Part shown: positions 1-12,726 of the stretch, in pieces | How positions within the stretch are numbered: the first letter of the stretch is position 1 | Layout of the letters: each line of letters opens with the position of its first letter | Assembly (NCBI GenBank): GCA_039621445.1 | Contig: CP154954.1 | Coordinates: 37,247,703-37,311,702 of the forward strand | Direction of reading: 5' to 3' | DNA length: 64,000 nucleotides | DNA from: Euglena gracilis | Lineage: Eukaryota | Program-made: the position numbers and the translations under genes | The notes under the pieces: model-generated | What the model was told of the DNA's origin: nothing | What the model saw: the letters and a program-made list of their open reading frames with translations, nothing else | Database searches by the model: none

Positions 1-684
1 GCGGGATCACGGGGGGGGGGGGGGGGGGGTTCCGAAATCGCTGGAAACTCAGTTTTGAGAAGTGTCATTCACAAACAATATTGCACATTTGCATCATATG
101 TTTTGGGGGGTCAATCAATCCCCTTTGTTTCTCAACTTCTTGAGGGCACAAAATAACATCAAAAAAAAGGGTCAAAAATGGCCAAAGATGGCCGTTTTTG
201 GTGCTTGTTTTGGGTTTTCACCTCAAAATCTTGTCCGAAAGTAGCCAACCAGCTTTATGCATCACACCAACAAAATTAGTCGCGAAAAAAGTAAAAAAAG
301 AACTTGCGCACAAAGGACATAGATCCTTGCCATTTACAGAGAAAGGATGATGTTCTGGGTGGGTCCCAGGGGGTGCCCCTCCCGGACCGAGGAGGAAGGC
401 CGAGTACATAAAAAAAATGATGCCACAAAAGTTGCCCACAAAAGTGGCATTCAACGACGTCGACGTGTGAGGTGACAGCAGGGTGTGTGGGACAGTGGGG
501 GGGGGGTGTGGGGGGTGCTGACGACATCACTCTCATTTTTTGAATTTTTTGATAATCTGCTCCATTTTTGTCAAACATCCCAAAATTACTCAAAATGACC
601 CGACATGGGAGTGAGTAATTGGTCTTACATTGGGTTATGGTAATGCTCGGGGGGACTAGCCCCCCTCCCCCCCCCCCCCCGAGT

Positions 685-1839
685 CAAGCACCTATTGACA
701 GATTCCAAATTTTTAGCCTGGCAGTCGGCTGCGGGTCGGGCCGCGGTCGGCTGCGGTCGCTGCGGTCACAAGGGTAGTTGGCTGTAGGTGGGGGGCAGGC
801 CAACAAAACAGGTGGGGGGGCAGGCCAACAAAAAAAATGAGCATATATAACAATCACACAATCCACTGTTGCCGACTTTTGGCCACTTTTCACTGCTTTT
901 GGCCAGCTTTTGATGCTTTTGGACTGCTTTTGGCCACTGTTGCCGACTTTTGGTCGACTTTTGCTGCCTTTGCCCATTATTTCCTGCCTTTTGCTTTGTT
1001 TTGGTCACTTTTGTTGCTTTCGCCCACTTTTTGCTGTGTTTTGGCTGCTTTTGGCCAGCTTTTGCTTTGCTTTGACCTCTTTTGACCACTTTTGGCCTCT
1101 TTAACCCACTTTTGACTACTTTTCTCTGCTTTTGGCCATTTTTACCCACCTCTGGCCACTTTCAGGCCACTTTAGACATCAAGAGCAGCCAAACTTGACC
1201 TAAGAATGGCCTAAAAGTGGCAAAACATGGTTAAAATCGCCAAAAGTTCCAAAAGCAGACAAAAATAACAAAAAAAATGCCCCCAAAATGGCCCAAAATG
1301 ACTCTGCTTTTGGCCAATTTGGGTCACTTTAGCAGCTTTTGTTCACTTTTGGCAACAAACTGGCGCAAAATGCTCAAAATGGTCAAATTGGACCAAAAAG
1401 AGACCAAAAAAATGGGCAAAAATAACAAAAGAAAAGGTCGAAAGCGGCTTTAAATAGTCAAAAATGGCCCAAAATGGCCCAGAATGGCCCAAGAGCAGGA
1501 CAAAATGGCCCAAAATTACAAGAAGTGGGCAAAAAGTGGCCAAAAACGGTCAAAATAGGTCAAAATGGGTGAATTATGGTGGCAAATGGGCCAAAAGGGG
1601 ACAAAAGCGACCAAAAATGGCCAAAAGTGGCCAAAAGTGACAACATGAGCCAGATGAGCCAGAAAAATCTCAACATCTGGGATAAAAATGAGCCTAATTC
1701 CTCATTCTCACTGAAAAATTGACATCAATTAGAAAAAAGTTGCGCGGTCGGCTGCGGTCGGATGCGGTCGGCACCCCACCTATGACAGTCCTGAAACCCG
1801 CGGTCGGCCGCGGTCGGCTGCGGTTGGCATAGGTGCCTG
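685..1839. mobile_element. MITE-like element with short terminal inverted repeats and GCGGTCGG subterminal repeats
   Basis: Termini CAAGCACCTAT (685) and ATAGGTGCCTG (to 1839) are inverted with one mismatch; clusters of GCGGTCGG(CT) near both ends; low-complexity interior; no TSD recognised. Confidence 0.5.
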
Positions 1840-2694
1840 TTTCCCCCCTACACATCCCCCCACACACCCCACACTTACACCTAACACTCACAATTTTGGG
1901 ACTTCCTGCCAAAATTGTTGACCACTTTGCCATAATTTTGGGCTCTTTTGCCAAAACGCCTGGGACCTTTCACCAAAATTTTTGAGATTCCGTTATGGAG
2001 ACTTTGACACTTGGCAGTAAAAAAAATGTTGGGACATTTTACAAAAGCTTTCTAAATCCAACAAATCACTGGCTGTGCAATCTCTGAACAAATCGGTGCA
2101 ACCCCACAGCTCTTAAGAGCAACACAGCTGATCAAATGAGATCATACCCTGATCCCCAACAAAGTGGCCAAAAATTTTTGCCAAAGTTTGGTTTACCCTC
2201 CTCAAAGTGGCCATTGCCTTCGATGCCAAAGAGGCCAAAATTTGACCCCCCCCCGAAGTGTCCGCTCCTCCAGAGTGACCATTTTGGGGTCTCGCGGTGC
2301 CTGAAGGGTGGCCACTGTGGGGAGGGTGGGGTGAGGTGGTGGCAACATTACGAGGGGGGGGACAAACAGGGGGAAGACCTGTGCATAGTGGGATTTGTAA
2401 TGACTTTTCTTTATTTGGCACATTTTTAAAACTTTCGAAACAGTCGTCTTGTCCCGGAGGCCGATGAGCCAATTGGGGGGGAATAGGGGGGTGCAGGTGA
2501 CATGTTTTTTTGGGCTGAATTTGTTGCCAAAATGGGCATTTTAGGCAAGTGGGTACTGAAAATTTTCCACCAGCTAGCCCTGCTAGTGGGCCCCGGCCCC
2601 GGGGACTCCGTCCTGAGTCTGTCTGAGTCTCAGGACAGAGTATGCGTACAAGACGCAGTTTTACTGCATAGGATTTCCTCCAGTTTGTCCTTGG

Positions 2695-2727
2695 TCAGAC
2701 GGCGATACCTCCCTCTTGGTCAATGGG
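2695..2727 (-). CDS. Possible last exon of the FHA-domain gene (PIDQEGGIAV*)
   Basis: Phase-0 CAG acceptor at 2728-2730 fits the phase-0 GT donor at 3564; not otherwise supported. Confidence 0.3.
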   Translation of the reverse strand, partial: PIDQEGGIAV

Positions 2728-3564
2728 CTGCGTGTGCAGCATTCAACCCGGTGTACCTGGCTTTTTTTTAAAAAAAAAACAAAAAATAATAAAAAATATT
2801 TCAAAAAAACCCATCTTTTTGGCTGCGTTTTACACGAGCTGCCAGCTATGCCGGCGTTTGGATGGACAGGTATTCAAAAAAAACACACTGCAGGCAAAGG
2901 GGAACAAAAAAACTGGCAAGTCCCAAAAATTTGCAAAAAAGTTCCAAACGGAGTCCAAATCTCTGAAAACCCCATTCTTTTTATTTTCAAAAAGGTTCCA
3001 AAATTTTTGGCAAAAGTGTCCAAAATCATGGCAAAACATCCCCGAAACTGTGAGTGTTTGGTGTAAGTGTAAGGGTTCCACTTTATGCCATATGTGCAAA
3101 ACACGTCCAAAAAAAAAGTCCAAAAAGCGTCCAAAAAAACGTCGATTTTGAGCACTTTTTTTGACCTCTCATAAAACTGCTATGACAGTGAGCCACCCTC
3201 ACCCCCCCAAAATAGCCAAAAGGTTTGGCAAATTTTCGTTCACCCCCCCCCCCTCAAAGTGGCCATTTTCCTTCGGCGCCAAAGGCACTGAAGGCCAAAA
3301 TTTGAACCCCCCCAAAGTGTCTCCCCCCCTCCAGAGTGGCCATTTTGGGGTCCCACAGTGCCTGGAGGGTGGCCACTTTGGGGGGTATTCCTGTCCCTTA
3401 TGGGAATAGCTTGGGGAGGTCGGGGGGGGGGGCATGGTCAAGGCATTGCAAAAGGCTCATGGTTAACCCCAATTGCCATTGCAAACTACATTAATACCGC
3501 AAAATCAGACAAAACCAATTGAACAATCAGCTGGGCTCTGAACCCACATGAACTTGGAACACAC

Positions 3565-3622
3565 CTCAAAAGTGTACACAAGGTCTGACTGGTCGGTTCC
3601 AAATGTGATGACATCGCCATCT
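3565..3622 (-). CDS. FHA-domain protein, exon 4 (DGDVITFGTDQSDLVYTFE)
   Basis: FHA C-terminal DGDxIxFG motif; ctacag acceptor and GTGTG donor; phase matches the upstream exon (AA|A = Lys). Confidence 0.85.
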
Positions 3623-3704
3623 CTGTAGGAGGGGAAAATGATGGGCACAAAACCAAAGTAAGATCTGGTTGTATTTCGGCAGGATGTCAAAGCCTTTGGG
3701 GATA

Positions 3705-4825
3705 ATATCCGTGGACTGAGGCCCAAGACACACACTGTGTCTCGTGGACTGGCAGTCCACGAGACACAGTGTGTGTCCCTGTGGACTGGGACACACACTG
3801 TGTCTCGTGGACTGAAAAATAAAAAGTGTTTGCCAGAAATGCGAGGTGTTCCACATCTAATGCAATGCAGCAGGGCAGTGGAAAGATGGTCACCGGACAA
3901 CCGTGAGCTGTAAACAGTAGAAGGCAGGTATGTCTCGAAGTTGAATGTGGTGCCACACTGTGCCCGGCGTTGTTGCTCAGCTTGATTGATGAGGGTAGCC
4001 TCATCAAACAAATATCTGGGGTCAATGACCCAACCAGCCCATGCGGGAAAAAAGCCATCCAGGTCCTCATACTGAGCGTTCAGATGTTTACACACCTGCT
4101 GGAACTCCAACAGGCGTGTAACAGCTACACGCTCAGCCTTTGCGGTCCCTTTTGGCTTCTCTTCCAACACGTTGGCCAATAACGTACCGTGTATTGGGTC
4201 AACAGCAGGGCCCTTCTGCAAATCGACCAAATACTTTTCCAGTGTAGCAACATATTCATCTGGTTTCGGGGGTCGGGGGAGCATGCGGTCCACACTGTTT
4301 GCGGTCTTCTTCATTTTCCGAAAGAAAAAACTGCAAGGACAGGTAGTGGAATGTGGTAAAACTTGTCCACGAGAAACCTTTATGCTCTAAGCCAAAAGTT
4401 GCCGAAAGGCCAAGTTATTGGGGGGCACTTGTTGGTCGGACCAGTGGGAATTCTTGATTTTTTCAGTTCACGAGGACACACACTGTGTCTCGTGGACTGC
4501 CAGTCCACGAGACACATCTGGTGGAATGTGTCAAATTTGGGATTGGAGGATGGAAGAATTGTGTGTGCTTTCCGACCTGAGATGTGACAGTGCTTTCTCC
4601 TTTGGGGGGGTGCGCACTTTTTAGGGAGCTAGTTTCGGACCTTTGGCGGGTGCGCACAAACAGGGCACTGCACACTAATTTGGGGGGGAATTAGGGCACT
4701 CCGCAGTGTGTGTCCTCGTGAACTGAAAATTTGACAAAAAATCGCAAAAAAATACGGGGTAGACATTGCGTGGCTAAGTTCCACGAGACACAGTGTGTGT
4801 CTTGGGCCTCTTAGTCAACGGATAT
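3705..4825. mobile_element. TIR element inside an FHA-gene intron, carrying an unassigned ORF fragment (about 3830-4314, minus)
   Basis: About 45-bp inverted termini ATATCCGTGGACTGAGGCCCAAGACACACACTGTGTCTCGTGGA and its complement at 4780-4825; internal GACACACACTGTGTCTCGTGGACTG repeats. Confidence 0.65.
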
Positions 4826-4827
4826 AG

Positions 4828-5899
4828 ACAAAAATCGTCCATTGTAACCCGGACACACCGTGTACCCGGGTTAAGCCGGCGTTTGAGACGCCGGGCTCAG
4901 GACAGAACCGGCGTCCCCCCCCACGGGCTTTCGGACGCCGGTTCTGTCCTAAAGCCCGGCGTTAGGAACGCCGGCTTTGTCCAAAGCCCGGCGTCCGATT
5001 TTCATTCCAAAAAATGTCACCAAAAGTGACCAAAAGTGGCCCTAAGGTGCTGGTATGAGTGTTTCAACCATCAAGGACAATGAATTTTGCCATCCGGGGA
5101 CCACTAGGGTGGATATCCAAATTTGGTGAAAATCGGCCCAGATTTGGAAATAGAGTACCGTGCAGCGTGGAAAGATCTGATGAGCACCGCTGGTCGTCTG
5201 TTGAAAAGAGCTTTCGATCGAGGGGTAACTTGGTACCCTAACGTTGCACGCAGCCCGAGATACGCTCGCGATTGTCGGATCGGCCAGAATCTGAGTCGAA
5301 ATTTGTCGCAATTTTCAGTGATTTTTGGTTTAAGATGCTGAATAAACCCTACAGAAACGTTTTTCCTCTTCGAATCAACGACCTGAGGGCCTTGGGGGTG
5401 CACCAGAGTTGTGAAATTAGGATTCCCCACTGACAGAAAATAAGAGCTCCAGGCGACGTGGCTGAATTTGGTGGTGATCGCCAGTCGTCTGATGAAAAGA
5501 GCTTTCGATCGAGGGGTGATTTTATACCTGGACGATTGACACAGCCAGAAATACCCTCGCGATCGCCGGAATTTGGTGAAGTGCAAAGTGGTGTGACATT
5601 GCAGTTCAGTGGTCGGAGATTGGTCCTGGGAGTGACCTTTGGCCGAAGGGTGGGGACGCCGGTTCTGTCCTGAGCCCGGCGTCTCTAAAACGCCGGCTTA
5701 AACAAGAGGTCTCGGACGCCGGTTCTGTCCAAAGCCCGGCGTTCCAAACGCCGGTTCCGTCCTTCGGACGGAACCGGCGTTTGGAACGCCGGGCTTTGGA
5801 CAGAACCGGCGTCCGAGACCTCTTTTTTGTAGTAATGGGCGCCTTTGGCGCCCATAACCCGGACACACGGTGTGTCCGGGTGACATGGACGATTTTTGT
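4828..5899. mobile_element. MITE-like element with long TIRs
   Basis: ACAAAAATCGTCCAT..ACCCGGACACACCGTGT..CCGGGTTA is inverted at 5855-5899; subterminal ACGCCGGTTCTGTCC..AGCCCGGCGT repeats. Confidence 0.65.
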
Positions 5900-7714
5900 G
5901 TAATGGCCGCCCACCAAACCCCATTTTTCTTTCAAAATTCCACTCACCCCCGCGGTGCCAAAGACGCCAGAGGGGTATGCCATAGGACTGCAACCCCCCC
6001 AGGTGCGCTTCCCCCTGTCTGCCCATAGCTCTCTGCCACTGAAGCTTTTTTGGCTCCAGGGGGGACCAGGGCCTGGACATTCAATAGGACTGGGGCCTGG
6101 CCTTCGGACCATGACGCCAGTGGCAAGTAATTTTTGCTGCCGGCCGTTCACAATTATCGAGGTGTTATTTTGGGGGGTTAAACATCTCCCTGTATTTGCC
6201 CGTGATGGGCTCATTGCGGGAAATTGGTGATGGATTTTTTGGTGGTCGCTAGCGACTGTTGGTGATGGCCTAGCGACCATTGGTGGTCGGAGCGACTAGT
6301 CGCTCCGACCACCAATTTTCAGTCTACCCCCTCTAAAAATTTTAAGCCCCCCCCCTTCAAAAATTTTCATTCAAATATGGAGGAAAATGACTCGAAACCC
6401 ACCCAAATGCCTTCAGAAACCCCCCGTTCGGGGGTCCATTTGCAAAAAATGAACCCCGATATGTGAACTTAGTCGGCCTCCGGGGGGGGGGGGGCGCCGC
6501 CCACCGGACCCCCCCCCGCCCAAAATAACAAAATCCCCTTGTGTGTGAAAAATAAGGAGGGCCAAATCGCGCCCCCGTATGAACCCCAATATGCGAACTT
6601 AGTCGACCTACGGCCTCCTCCTGGGTGGGGGGCTGCCACCCCCCCCACCCCCCCGGACCAGGCAATTGCTAAAGCACTGACCGACCCCCCCGGGGGGGTG
6701 GGGGACTAGTTTCTTCAGAGTGACTGACTGGTTTTGGGCCCGGACCCCCCCCCCCCCGGGGGGGGGGGGTCGGCCAGGAGCGGGCAAAAGTGGCTTGAGT
6801 GACCCCGGTGTCGAAGGCGCCGGAAATTTTTTTTTTGGCCTGAAGTGGCCTAAAGTAACTGGAAAGTGGCCGTTTTTCTGAGTGGCCGACCCCCCCCCGG
6901 GGGGCAGTGACTGGCTGGTTTTTTGAAAATGGGTGACTGACTGGTTTTTAAAAAAGTGGAGTGACCCCCCCAGGGTCGGAAAGAAATTGTATGCCCCGGA
7001 CCCCCCCGCCAAAAATAACAAAATCCGCTTGTGTGTGCAAAATAAGGAGGGCCAAATCACGCTCCCGAATGAACCCCGGGCCTCCCCCCTCCCCCCCCCC
7101 CCGGGAGCACCCCAAGGGGGGGGGGGGTGGGCAGGGTTCGATATAAGGACAGGTGGGGGGGGGGGGGGCCGGACCCCCCCCCCTCCGGCCGGGGGGGGGG
7201 GGGTGGCGCGGGGGACGACCCCCCCCCCCACCTAAACAGGTGCGCGGTCAGGGTGGCCGAATTTTCGGCCCGGCGCGAAGCGCCGGGCCGAAAATTTTTG
7301 ACCCCCCCAAAACGACCAAAAGTGCCATTTTTGGGCACTTTTGGGGCAAAAATGTGCCAAAAATGCAAAAAATTTTCGGCGCGAAGCGCCGGAGGCAAAA
7401 ATTGACCCTTTTTGGGGGGGGGTCAATTTTTGCCCCCGAGGGTCGGTCCGGACCGCCCTTGCAGGTGGGGGGGGGGTGGTCCGGACCCCCCCCCTGCGGG
7501 CCAGGAGGGGGGGGGGGGGGTGGGGGGGACACCCCCCCCACCTAAACCATGTACGCCCTCCTTATATCGAACCCTGTGGGTGGGTGCTCCACAAACAGGT
7601 GAATTCCAGGGTATCAATGGGGGAGGGGTTGGCTTCAGTCAAAGGGCCTGCTTTTGGCTGGCCAGGGGGGGTCTCATGAGGAGGAGCATGGTAACCTGAC
7701 AAGACAGAACACAC

Positions 7715-7822
7715 TTGATGGGCATCGGCACATCTGCCTGGATAGGTTGGCGATTTACCATGACCCCATTTGTGCTCTTGTTGTCGATGATGGCCCACCC
7801 TCTGGTGACTTTCTTGATTGTT
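7715..7822 (-). CDS. FHA-domain protein, exon 3 (TIKKVTRGWAIIDNKSTNGVMVNRQPIQADVPMPIK)
   Basis: FHA DxxSTNGxxVN motif; GT donor at 7714; 108 nt, frame consistent with neighbouring exons. Confidence 0.88.
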
Positions 7823-8197
7823 GCTTGCAAGATGGCAAAAGGCAGTGATGGCGGTGGATGGATGATGGTTGGAACGTCGTTGGATTCTGCCACACCAAAT
7901 GGATCAAAGCATTGGTGAAAACCCCAAGCAAACATGGTGTTTCTTACTAGTGAATTTTGACACTTTGTCCTCAATGATTGCCCACTCCCCCCCATGTTCC
8001 TCCCACTCCATTTGAGAGAAAGTGGCAAAAAAAAACCAAGCAACCCCCCGTCATTCCCCCCCCCTTGTGGTCCCAGGACACTGGCCGAGCGAAAATTATT
8101 TTTTTTGCTGAGCCTTGACTTTTCCCTTGCCATTGTCTGGTTGTGGGTTCCAGGAGGTATTGGGGTGAAGAAATTGATGCTTTGTGACATCTTGGGT
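7823..8197 (-). other. Euglenid non-conventional intron (375 nt)
   Basis: Non-GT-AG; C|A junctions at both ends; CAAGATG starting at +4 pairs with CATCTTG ending at -6; removal restores the FHA sequence SRKHA-TIKK in frame. Confidence 0.8.
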
Positions 8198-8269
8198 GCA
8201 TGTTTTCGAGACACCATGGCCTCAAATTTGGCAGACTTGATGGCAACATCAGCATAATCTGGGTGTTCT
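8198..8269 (-). CDS. FHA-domain protein, exon 2 (EHPDYADVAIKSAKFEAMVSRKHA)
   Basis: FHA D..I......VSRxHA motif; pyrimidine tract plus tcacag acceptor. Confidence 0.85.
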
Positions 8270-8983
8270 CTGTGAGGGGGAAAAGGAAAGAAATGGAACA
8301 GTTGAATGAAGAGGCAATCAGGTCCTTGGATGTGAAATCTCCAGGGAGTTGCTTTGCCCCTTTGCGGCATGGTGGGGTGTGGTTGGACCCTCCCGCCCCA
8401 CCCATAGGGTGTGTCTGGGACGTGGGGGGGGGACTCGGAGGAGACACCAGCTTTGGAAGGTGAAGTTACAGCCGGCAGATACAATGGGGGATTGGTGCGT
8501 GGATTGGCCAGGTCCGAGCCCCCCCCCCCTCGCGCGGCCGCAGCAACAGGTCGGGCTGACTAGGTCGGCCCGAGGGATAATGCAGCACAGTCAGTGGCCA
8601 TTTCTGTCGACCTCCAGAGGTCGGCCCGTCCAGAACCAGCATGGCCAATATTCCGCCCGGGGACTACGTGCGGCCACCTGATATGAACCAATACTTGCCA
8701 CTTTTTTTTTTTGATACCTCGTGCCCCGGGGGTAGAGGGACAGAGGAGGAGGTGAACACCCCTGGGTATTATTTATCTCCCAAAGTCCTGGCCCGACGGG
8801 GAGGATGGATGAGGGACCCCCCCCCACCCCCTACCTCGAAATTTGGGGGGGGCTGGTTTTGTGGACGGGCAAACGGCTGGAAAATCGGGCAAAATTGTTC
8901 AAAAATCCCTGATTTCTTTAAAAACGTGTCTTAAAAACATGTTCAGCCCGCCAAATGCCTGCCCTGAAATTCGTGGTCATGAA

Positions 8984-9136
8984 CACGTTTTCAATGAGGG
9001 CATCTGTGGCAATGACACATTTTCAATTAAGGCATCTGTGGTTAGGCACGTTTTCAATGAGGGCATCTGTGGCAATGACACGTTTTCAATTAAGGCATCT
9101 GTGGTCAGGCACGTTTTCAATGAGGCATCTGTGGCA
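8984..9136 (+). repeat. About 63-bp tandem repeat, recurring at 9872-9945; probably TE subterminal repeats
   Basis: ACGTTTTCAATGAGGGCATCTGTGGCAATGACAC... repeated. Confidence 0.7.
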
Positions 9137-9299
9137 ACCCTGAGTAAAAAGCAAAAAACGCTGTCATGAAAAATCGGCAGGCGGTTGCGAGGCCGGGTGG
9201 TCCTCAACGAGTGAGGCGGATCGAGGGCACTCTAAACACAACAGAAAGCTAGGTTGCCTTGGAGCACAACGACACGGAGTGGCGGACCTCACGGAACAC

Positions 9300-9445
9300 G
9301 ACACGCTTTACACAAAAAAAAGAGCCAAACTTTGGTGGCCACCGCAAATCTTGGCAATGAAAATGATATGCCAAACCACAGGCGTCACACACAACTTTGT
9401 TCAGCTCCAATTTGGATTTTTGGGAATGGCAAAGAAGAAAAGAGG
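9300..9445 (-). pseudogene. Degenerate PHD-finger fragment within an intronic TE-like segment
   Basis: ORF 9249..9503 contains VVCDACGLAYHFHCQDLRWPPKFGSFFCVK, the C4HC3 core with the first and last Cys lost. Confidence 0.6.
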
Positions 9446-10174
9446 TTGCCGAACAATTCCCTGAAACGAACAAAGTTCCCGACTGCTGCTCACGTTGAGC
9501 CACACATTGTTAAATGACGCTCGCCTCATCGAACAACAGGCTGGGTTCCAGCTCCTATCCCATCCAGGCAACAAAGAAAGCATGCAGCTCAGGATAAGAT
9601 GCTTCCGATGTTGACACAGTTTGGCGAACTCCAAACAGTTGGCAACAGCAGCAAGCTCTGCTCCCACGGAGCCGGACCTTTTCTTTACGTTGCCCTGTGC
9701 CAGCAAGGTGCCAGAAGGGGGTCAACCTTCGGCTTCTTGGCATCTTGCTGGTATACCGCGAGAGCAGCCAGGAACAGTTCCGTCCTAGGGGGAGGTGGCA
9801 AAAGACCATTCACAAAGTTAGCCGTGCGTTTCGCCATAGTGGGAGGGCTGCGGAAAAAAGGGTGGGGGGTGACACGTTTTCAATGAGGGCATCTCTGGCA
9901 ATGACACGTTTTCAATTAAGGCATCTGTGGTTAGGCACGTTTTCAAACAAATTGTGGCTGAGCCCAGATTTCAGCCTGAAAACGTCAGGGGGCCCCCTTC
10001 GGGGGCCCCCTGGCTGAACACGTTTTCAGGCTGAAATCTGGGCTCAGCCACAATTTGTGTGTAGAAAATTAATCCAAAAATGCTCATTTTTGAAAAATCT
10101 TAAAACCTATTTTCTGGGCCCGACGCCTGTCTTGAAATTCTACTGACATTAACGGATTTCAGCCTGAAATTGTT

Positions 10175-11120
10175 TGTGTCAGTCGATTTCCATTCAGGCG
10201 CCCGTTTATGTCAGTCGATTTCCATTCAGGCGCCCGTTTATGTCAGTCGATTTCCATTCAGGCGCCTGTTTATGTCGGTCGATTTCCATTCCATTGAAAT
10301 CTGTTGCTGGTCAGATTGGGAATTTTTGGTGACTTTTTGGACATTTTGGATCTCCCTTTTTTGAAGACATTTTTGGTCCTATGGGGTTGTGGAGGCGTTT
10401 TGGACCAGAAAAAAACCAAATTTTGTGGTCAGGTGATCACAGCTGGCTGAACTTTGATGGAACAGACGGAAGGACGGAGCTGAAGATTATCATTTTCTGG
10501 GACTTCAGAAAAAGCATTCGGCAAATTTGCCCTGAACCAGTTGTTATCACTGGTCATCTGAAAGAAAAGCTTTCGGGTGAGGAGTAATTTGGCCACGTTA
10601 AACCTATTTTCTGGGCTCGACGCCTGTATTGCAATTCTATTCTATTGCAAGGCTGTGTTCCTGGCAACATGGCTTTGGTCAAAATCTGTGTTTCTAAAAA
10701 AATGCAGAGTCTGCGTTTTAGGCACAGTTCTTGAGATAGAGATTGTTCTTGGCAAAATGGAAGAAAAAATGCATTCCGAAAAAATGCAGAGTCTGCGTTT
10801 AAGACACAGTTCTTGATGTAGAGATTGTTTCTTTCAAAATGGAAGAAAAGCTGCATTCCGAAAAAGGGAACAAAAGGTTGGGTCGACATTAACGGATTTC
10901 AGGCTGACACCTAAAATGTCCCGAAACGGAACAAAAGGCATTCAAAAAAGGACACAAAAGGTCGGTCGATTTCCAAGACATCGGAAACCGTTTATGTCAG
11001 TCGATTTCCATTCAGGCGTCCGTTAGTGTTGGTCGATTTCCATTCAGGCGCCCGTTAGTGTCGGTCGATTTCCATTCAGGCGCCCGTTAGTGTCGGTCGA
11101 TTTCCATTCAGGCGCCCGTT
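10175..11120 (+). repeat. About 31-bp tandem repeats (TGTCAGTCGATTTCCATTCAGGCGCCCGTTTA-like) in two clusters
   Basis: Clusters at about 10175-10290 and 10990-11120. Confidence 0.7.
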
Positions 11121-11979
11121 AATGGGCCAAAAACCACTTTTTTGACCATATTTCCGTCCAGGCGGTTCGGTCGAATGAATATCAAGACAGGCGTCGGGCC
11201 CAGACAAAATAGGTTTTAGAAAAAACGAGAGACACTACAGATTCAGCAGGGGCGCCGGGCGGCTCGCTTCGCTCGCTCGCGCCCGGCGCCCCTGCTGAAT
11301 CTGTTAGTGTCGGTCGATTTTTGTATAGAAAATCTTTCATAAAACACCAAAACATCGAAAAATGATCAAAAAGGGCAATATGCTCAAAAGTATGGAAAAG
11401 GGGGTGTTTTTGTATCTTTTTCTGGCGCTGTCCATCTTCCACCAGTTTCGCAAATTGAAAAGAAGAATTTGGGGAGATCATTGGAAAATATGGTGCAAAA
11501 ATCTTTCATTAAAAATGATGTGGTGTGGGTGTGTGCATGTGTGCTTCGGAATGTGTGCAGGGGAGCAAATGCGCTCGCCCGGCCTCGGAAAAAAATGGGC
11601 AAAAATGCGCAAAAGAATGCACAAAAAATGCGCATTTTTGGAGAAAAATGCACAAAAATGTGCAAAATCTGAGAAAAAATGCGCAAAAATCACGAAAATG
11701 CAAAAATTACCCAAAAACGTGCAAAAATGGCACCAAATTTGAAGAAATTATGTAATAATGAGGAAAATGTACGTTTCAAAAAAGTCAAAAATTTCAAATT
11801 TTTGCAAAAAATTGCAAAAATGGTCAAAAAATGCGAAAATTTTGGAAAATCACAAAAAACTGTGCCAAAAAGCAAAAAAACGTGCGGAAAAAAAGGAAAA
11901 AAATGCGAAAAAAAAAGCGAAAAAATTTGAAAAAATGCGCAAAAATGCAAAAAAAAATGCGAAACGCATTTCCCCCCTG

Positions 11980-12011
<32 letters not shown>

Positions 12012-12464
12012 ATGTGTGTGGCCCAAAGGACCCCAAATGCTCAGTTCAGGGGGGGGGGTCAATTAAGGGGGGGGTCGAAATTTGGCTTTGATAGAGGACG
12101 AAAAAAATTTTCAGCGCCTTTGGCGCCTAAAAAAATTCTTCCCAGACCCAAATGCTCAATTAATGGGGGGGGGTCAAAATAGGTATGGGGGTGGTTCGGG
12201 ACGCGGGGGGGGGACACGGGGGGGGGACGCGGGGGGGACACGGGGGGACGTGGCCCAACCACCCCCACACGTTTTCTTTGGCGTCACCTAAATTTGTGTG
12301 TAATTTTCCTTTGGTCAACCAAAAAAACGTGCCCGGCCAAAATCCGGGACGCGGGGGGACGCGGGGGGACGCGGGGGGAACACCCCCTACTTGTCTGTTA
12401 GTCGATCCACGGCATCAAGTCTGTTAGTCGATTCACACCAATTATGGTTAGGAAACCGGCTACA

Positions 12465-12726
12465 GGGCTTGGGGATAGGGTTAGGGATTGGGTTAGGGTT
12501 TGGGTTTTGTTTGGGGTTCGGGTTAGGTAAATGGTTAGGGTTAGGTTAGGGATAGGGTTTGGGTTTGGGGTGATAGGGTCAGGGATACAGTTAGGGATAG
12601 GGTTTTGGATATGGTTAGGGTTAGGGCCAGGATTAAGGATACGGTTAGGAATAGGGTTAGGGTTAGGGGTAGGGTTAGGGTTGGGGTTAGGGATTAGGGT
12701 TATGGTTAGGGATATGGTTAGGGTTA
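12465..12726 (+). repeat. Degenerate interstitial telomeric repeat (TTAGGG and variants), continuing at 13213-13263
   Basis: Runs of TTAGGG, ATAGGG and TTTGGG. Confidence 0.85.

Noticed and set aside
3505-4314. 269-aa ORF as a single gene
   Set aside because: Chance fusion of a TE-internal fragment, TIR repeats and one FHA exon
5177-5216. CTGATGA...GAAA hammerhead-like core
   Set aside because: Stems II and III cannot form properly
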